Assembly (NCBI GenBank): GCA_965195285.1
Contig: CBDAFS010000052.1
Span: forward strand, 1-20,335
Source of the DNA: an uncultured Aminicenantes bacterium
Lineage (GTDB): Bacteria; Acidobacteriota; Aminicenantia; UBA2199
Direction: 5' to 3'
DNA length: 20,335 bases
Shown: positions 15,519-20,335 of the stretch, piece after piece
Numbering within the stretch: the first letter of the stretch is position 1
Layout: each line of letters starts with the position of its first letter
Position numbers and translations under genes: made by a program
Notes under the pieces: model-generated
The model's database searches: none
Told to the model about the DNA's origin: nothing
The model's input: only the letters and a program-made list of their open reading frames with translations

Positions 15519-17378
15519 ATGAAAATAACTTTTTACGGGAAAAGTGATATTGGGAGAGTAAGAAAGATCAATGAAGATTGCTTTTCCAGTCAGAAGATTG
15601 GAGAAAACGAACATTTATTTATTGTGGCAGACGGTATGGGGGGGCATCAAGCCGGAGAGGTCGCCTCAAAATTAGGGACCAATAGCTTTATCAGAAAGTA
15701 TAGAAAATCAAGAAAAGAGGGTAAAGGTATTGAGAAATCAATGCTTCATTCTCTTAAACAGGCCAATTCCTCAATATTGAAAAGAGCATTAACCGATCCA
15801 TACAAAAGAGGCATGGGTACAACCTTCACGGTACTGGTTATCTACAATCGAAAAGCCACTATTGTTCACATCGGAGATTCGCGCATTTATTTAATACGAA
15901 ACAATAAAATAAAAAAAATAACCACCGATCATACGTTTGTTGAAAAAATGCTGAAAGATGGGAAAATCAATGAAGAAGAAGCCCGCGACCATCCGCAAAA
16001 GAACATATTATACATGTCACTGGGCGCCCGAGAAACCTATTTACCGGAAATATTGAGTGATATTGATATAAAAAAGGGTGATGTCATTGCCATGTGCTCC
16101 GATGGTTTAAACAACATGGTAGAAGATGAAATGATAAAAAAGTATTCCTTGGGAGATGACCCTGAAAAATCAGTCAAAGAATTGATCAATCTGGCAAATG
16201 AGAACGGTGGAATAGATAATATAACCATTCAGATCATTCATGCCGGTGCACTCCTGAAAAGAAAAAAACCACAATTCCCAAAAAAAAGAACCCTCTTCCA
16301 GAAAGCGGTTCTATCATTGATTTTGACACTATTCTTTTCTCTTTTGTTATTACTCCTCAATTGGAAAACAATTGAATCGCATCCAAATCAGCAGAATGAT
16401 CTTCAGTATTCTTCATTTATAAACCCAAAGCTTCAGGGAATGAAGGGAATAGAGACACCAAATAAACAAAATCTTTTTAAAATAGACACACCGGCATTCC
16501 CCGCTCACGTCTCCCGGGATGATTTCCTGTTTGTAACCGGAGATTACATAATATTCAGACAAAGAAAGGATATTTTCATATACTCAATATTAACACAAGA
16601 AATTATCACCAACTTTTTATTGAAATCCACTGAAAAATTAATTCCCTCCATTTTCGCTTCCGTTTCATCATCAGGTAAGTTATCCCCGGCGTATAGAAAT
16701 AACTCTTTGCAAACCAAGACAATTGCTAAAAATTTTTACATTTTTAAAAGGGCGAAAACCAAGTTCCTTACCTATCAGATAGTGCGGAGAAATTCCGGTA
16801 AAACCCTGATCACTATTCAATCCGATCCGGAATTAAATTCTGTTAATCATGAAACCAGAACTGTGAAATTTTTAAAACTGGCCCCCCCCCTTATTCCAAT
16901 TTTTATCAATCAGAGGGCATTCATTTTTCATGATCAAAAAAGTTTTTACGTTATTGAGTATCCCATAAAGCAAAAGAACAATGAAATCAAATTTTATAAA
17001 ACAAATGAAATGGAATACACCCAAAATTGCTTCATTTCTATCAAAGTAATAAATAAGACCATAAAAATTCTTTTTTTCGATGTTCGTAAAAAAATCATAA
17101 ATGAATTCGGGATTCCAATCTCCGATCAGAACGACACCCGAAAAATTCTCTTCAAACTTACCGAAAAACCATTGAATATTGAATATGTAAACGATAATTC
17201 AATTATCATTTATTTTTCAAATGGTTATATTGATATCAATAAAAACAACTCCTTTGTTCACAATTATTATGTATATCAAAATGAAAATATCTCTATTCAG
17301 AGGATTCTTCTTGATTTTACTTCCAACAAAAAAATACTGGTTGATAAATACAATAGACTATTTATATTAATATTGTAA
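15519..17378 (+). CDS. PP2C/Stp1-family Ser/Thr phosphatase with TM helix and large extracytoplasmic domain
   Basis: SDIGRVRKINED, VADGMGGHQAGEVAS, GMGTT, HIGDSRIY, CSDGL, GGIDNIT; basic patch, then TM AVLSLILTLFFSLLLLLL, then about 335 aa of unknown sequence. Confidence 0.92.
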   Translation: MKITFYGKSDIGRVRKINEDCFSSQKIGENEHLFIVADGMGGHQAGEVASKLGTNSFIRKYRKSRKEGKGIEKSMLHSLKQANSSILKRALTDPYKRGMGTTFTVLVIYNRKATIVHIGDSRIYLIRNNKIKKITTDHTFVEKMLKDGKINEEEARDHPQKNILYMSLGARETYLPEILSDIDIKKGDVIAMCSDGLNNMVEDEMIKKYSLGDDPEKSVKELINLANENGGIDNITIQIIHAGALLKRKKPQFPKKRTLFQKAVLSLILTLFFSLLLLLLNWKTIESHPNQQNDLQYSSFINPKLQGMKGIETPNKQNLFKIDTPAFPAHVSRDDFLFVTGDYIIFRQRKDIFIYSILTQEIITNFLLKSTEKLIPSIFASVSSSGKLSPAYRNNSLQTKTIAKNFYIFKRAKTKFLTYQIVRRNSGKTLITIQSDPELNSVNHETRTVKFLKLAPPLIPIFINQRAFIFHDQKSFYVIEYPIKQKNNEIKFYKTNEMEYTQNCFISIKVINKTIKILFFDVRKKIINEFGIPISDQNDTRKILFKLTEKPLNIEYVNDNSIIIYFSNGYIDINKNNSFVHNYYVYQNENISIQRILLDFTSNKKILVDKYNRLFILIL

Positions 17379-17379
17379 A

Positions 17380-18234
17380 ATGATCCAAATCGGAAGAAAG
17401 CTCGGAGATTTTCTGGTGAAAACAGAAATCAGCAAAGGGGGAATGGGAACTCTTTATTATGCCATAGATACCATGCTCAATCGTGAAGTCGCTCTTAAAG
17501 TAATACACTCCCGATTGGCAAGAGACAAAAATTTTGTAAAAAAATTCAGAAACGAAGCCATGACTCAGGCCCAGATGAATCACCCCAACATTATCACGCT
17601 TTATTGTTTCAGCAAAATAGAAAACTATAACCTGATCGCCATGGAATATATCAAGGGAACCAGCATGCTGGAATTATTGGAAAAGAAGAAAAGACTCCCT
17701 CTGGAAACAGCTGTACATCTTTTGAAACAAATTTTAAGAGGCTTAAACTATGCCCATAATCGTCATATTATCCATGGTGATATCAAACCGGGAAACATCA
17801 TGATCACTGATGAGAACAAAATAAAAATTAATGATTTTGGCAATGCCAAAATTTTGGGAGACATAGAAAACAAAGAAGATGCTCTGCCAATGGGCACACC
17901 ATCTTACGCATCCCCGGAACATATTTTGGGGAAAGGACTTGATTCCAGATCCGATCTATACTCACTGGGAATCACATTTTACGAAATGGTAACCGGCAAG
18001 CTCCCCTTTCATTCTGAATCAAATTCCAGCATTGAAATCGAAAAAGCTCACCTGAATACATACCCCCCAAAACCTTCTATTCACAATCCGAAAATCACAA
18101 AAGAAATCGAAGAATTCATATTAAAATCCATTCAAAAAAAGCCCGAATTGAGATTTCAGAGCGCCATCGAAATGTTGGAAGTGCTGGATCAATTTTTTAA
18201 ATCAAATCAAAAAGAGGAGAATTATGAAAATTGA
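17380..18234 (+). CDS. Hanks-type Ser/Thr protein kinase, catalytic domain only
   Basis: KGGMG, VALK, HPNI, HGDIKPGN, DFG, GTPSYASPE, SDLYSLG. Confidence 0.95.
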   Translation: MIQIGRKLGDFLVKTEISKGGMGTLYYAIDTMLNREVALKVIHSRLARDKNFVKKFRNEAMTQAQMNHPNIITLYCFSKIENYNLIAMEYIKGTSMLELLEKKKRLPLETAVHLLKQILRGLNYAHNRHIIHGDIKPGNIMITDENKIKINDFGNAKILGDIENKEDALPMGTPSYASPEHILGKGLDSRSDLYSLGITFYEMVTGKLPFHSESNSSIEIEKAHLNTYPPKPSIHNPKITKEIEEFILKSIQKKPELRFQSAIEMLEVLDQFFKSNQKEENYEN

Positions 18235-18718
18235 CACTTTGGTTATTTTTTTGGGTATCTTTATTGTCCTGGTCATTCTGTCTTTCTTCTATAAATGGAT
18301 GATTAAAAGAAAGGACATTTCTTCAAACGATCTCACAACGGAAATTGAGGATTTTAATCTGTCCATTGAAAAACCAAGCCCACTCCAAAAAGAAGACGTT
18401 ATTGTGGGTGAATTGGATCTCATAATCAGAGGTAAAGAGATCAGTACGACAAAAATAACCGATCAGGAAATAATAATCGGTAGAGATCCCGGCCAATCAA
18501 ACTTAATCATATCCGAGCCCACAGTTTCAAAAATTCATTGCATGCTCTATTCCAAAGAAAACAAAATATACATAAAGGACAACGAATCAACCAACGGTAC
18601 ATTTGTCAATAATAAACGGATCACGGAAACAGAAGTCAAGTCCAATGATGTTATATTTCTGGGTAAAAAAGGCATCATAAACCTGACTTTTCGTGCAAAA
18701 GTCGAAAAGCCGGAATGA
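18224..18718 (+). CDS. Membrane-anchored FHA-domain protein
   Basis: N-terminal TM; IIIGRD, VSKIH, DNESTNGTFVN. Confidence 0.93.
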   Translation: MKIDTLVIFLGIFIVLVILSFFYKWMIKRKDISSNDLTTEIEDFNLSIEKPSPLQKEDVIVGELDLIIRGKEISTTKITDQEIIIGRDPGQSNLIISEPTVSKIHCMLYSKENKIYIKDNESTNGTFVNNKRITETEVKSNDVIFLGKKGIINLTFRAKVEKPE

Positions 18719-18734
18719 ATACCGGAAAACGAAA

Positions 18735-19241
18735 TTAAACCATTAATTTTCCGGAGTACTTTTCAACTGATTCTTTGCTCTGTAACTCACTTAAAATATC
18801 AGCCACTTTTTTTTCTAAAACTGGGTGAAGCAGCTGTGGCGCTATTTCATTCAAGGGTACCAAGACAAAGGCCCTCTCGGTCATTTTAGGGTGGGGAACA
18901 GAAAGATCTGTCTGACGTATAACCATTTGATCAACCTGCAGTATATCAATATCGATGATTCGTGAAAAAAGACCAGATCCAGAATCAGAACGTCCCATTC
19001 GACGCTCAAACCCTTTGATCCGATGCAACATTTCATCGGGACTCAGCGCCGATTCAACCACCAAAGCAAGATTGAGAAAATAATCGGCATCTTCATCCAT
19101 ATCAACAGGACTGGTCCTGTATACGGATGACACAGAGACAATATTTCCTGTTTCTTTTAAAACATTCAGGGCCTGCTGCAAATTGAAAATTTTATCACCA
19201 ATATTAGAGCCCAAAGATAAATAGTAGTTCTTCTTCATCAT
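18735..19241 (-). CDS. folK: 2-amino-4-hydroxy-6-hydroxymethyldihydropteridine diphosphokinase
   Basis: YLSLGSNIGD, SSVYRTSP, FLN, RIIDIDIL, PHPKMTERAFVLVPL. Start uncertain (19238, 19241 or 19253). Confidence 0.95.
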   Translation of the reverse strand: MMKKNYYLSLGSNIGDKIFNLQQALNVLKETGNIVSVSSVYRTSPVDMDEDADYFLNLALVVESALSPDEMLHRIKGFERRMGRSDSGSGLFSRIIDIDILQVDQMVIRQTDLSVPHPKMTERAFVLVPLNEIAPQLLHPVLEKKVADILSELQSKESVEKYSGKLMV

Positions 19242-19321
19242 ATTATTTATCACAGGGTGAAAAGATCGTCAATTTCGACATCAGGAAATCCAAAAAACGT
19301 TGAGCTGTCTTTGAAGCAAAT

Positions 19322-19349
19322 TTGAAGCCACCTCCTTTTTTGTTATAAT
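19322..19349 (+). promoter_or_regulatory. Extended -10 promoter of ispG
   Basis: TTGAAG (19322-19327) - 16 nt - TATAAT (19344-19349), with TGn extension. Confidence 0.65.
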
Positions 19350-19355
19350 GAATAG

Positions 19356-20335
19356 ATGAAGCGAGAGATATTTGTGGGAGATGTCGGAATTGGAGGGAAT
19401 CACCCGGTTTCCATTCAATCAATGACCTCCACTCTTACCACAGATATTCAAGCCAGTTTAAATCAAATACAAGCTCTGAAAAACACCGGATGCCAAATCG
19501 TCCGCATGGCTATACCCGATCGATCATCATTGAATTCCTTCAGGAAGATCATCCAAAGATCTCCCTTGCCCATTATTGCTGATATTCATTTTGATGCAAA
19601 CCTGGCTTTAAAATCAATTGATTCCGGTGCGCATGGAATTCGAATCAATCCCGGAAATATCGGCGGCAAGGAAAAAATAAGGGAAATTATCAAGCTGGCC
19701 AATCAAAGATCAATTCCAATCCGAATTGGTGTCAATTCCGGTTCAATCGAAAAAAAATACCGGCATGACCACATTCCGGTTTCTGAAGCCATGGTCAATT
19801 CAGCATTGGACTTTATTAAATTTTTTGAAGACAATGATTTTGTAAATATGAAAATCTCTTTAAAATCATCGGATGTAAAAATGACAATCCAAGCTTACCG
19901 ACTTTTGGATAAAAAATGTGATTACCCGCTTCATCTCGGTATTACCGAAGCCGGACCTTTTTTCAGGGGAACCGTTAAATCAGCAATCGGGATCGGCAGT
20001 TTACTGGCAGACGGAATTGGCAACACCATCAGGGTTTCACTGACCGATAATCCGATTCAGGAAATCAAAGTAGCCAAAGAAATTTTAAATGCACTGGGAT
20101 TAAGAGAAAACAACATTGATATCATTTCCTGCCCCACCTGTTCCAGGACCACCGTGGATCTGATTTCAATAGTCGAAGAAGTGGAAAAAAAGATAACAGA
20201 CTTAAAACCAAACAAAACAATAAAAGTAGCCATCATGGGATGTGAGGTGAACGGCCCGGGAGAGGCCATGGATGCGGATATAGGACTGGCCTTTTCAAAA
20301 AAACGCGGCTATATTTTTAAAAATGGAAAAATGAT
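19356..20335 (+). CDS. ispG: (E)-4-hydroxy-3-methylbut-2-enyl-diphosphate synthase, 3' end outside the window (absent from ORF track)
   Basis: Manual translation: MKREIFVGDVGIGGNHPVSIQSMT..., IADIHFD, RINPGNIG, RIGVNSGS, HLGITEAG, IRVSLT, ISCPTCSRT, VAIMGCEVNGPGEA. Confidence 0.96.
   Translation, partial: MKREIFVGDVGIGGNHPVSIQSMTSTLTTDIQASLNQIQALKNTGCQIVRMAIPDRSSLNSFRKIIQRSPLPIIADIHFDANLALKSIDSGAHGIRINPGNIGGKEKIREIIKLANQRSIPIRIGVNSGSIEKKYRHDHIPVSEAMVNSALDFIKFFEDNDFVNMKISLKSSDVKMTIQAYRLLDKKCDYPLHLGITEAGPFFRGTVKSAIGIGSLLADGIGNTIRVSLTDNPIQEIKVAKEILNALGLRENNIDIISCPTCSRTTVDLISIVEEVEKKITDLKPNKTIKVAIMGCEVNGPGEAMDADIGLAFSKKRGYIFKNGKM

Noticed and set aside
18722-18754. CCGGAAAA...TTTTCCGG inverted repeat between the convergent FHA gene and folK
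   Set aside because: Short stem with a 17 nt loop, overlapping folK coding sequence and lacking a U-tract; too weak to call a terminator.
20057-20269. 70 aa minus-strand ORF
   Set aside because: Antisense to ispG.

Overview
The window has two parts. (1) Positions 1-10354 hold an AT-rich array of integron-type gene cassettes. Every gene is on the minus strand, and the genes are separated by eight attC-like hairpin sites plus one collapsed site. The cargo is a partial lipoprotein missed by the ORF track, two SAM methyltransferases, a GT1 glycosyltransferase, a DUF6512-like membrane protein, a flavodoxin-like protein, a DUF6544-like protein, an M1 peptidase, a DUF4386-like membrane protein and an Ntn hydrolase. 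No integrase gene lies at the head of the array. That position instead has a palindrome-rich attI-like region, a near-consensus sigma70 promoter facing the cassettes, and then cinA. The attC-like sites are atypical: there is no obvious L-box extrahelical base, and there is an asymmetric bulge next to the R box. Each cassette also carries its own 14-24 bp terminal inverted repeat with a position-conserved T:G wobble. (2) Positions 10838-20335 are chromosomal backbone: cinA, a tRNA m6A37-type methyltransferase, a Wzm/Wzt ABC exporter, an RfaE2-type adenylyltransferase, a membrane PP2C phosphatase / non-RD Ser/Thr kinase / FHA module, folK, and a partial ispG that is probably leaderless. All family assignments come from motif recognition by eye; no searches were run.
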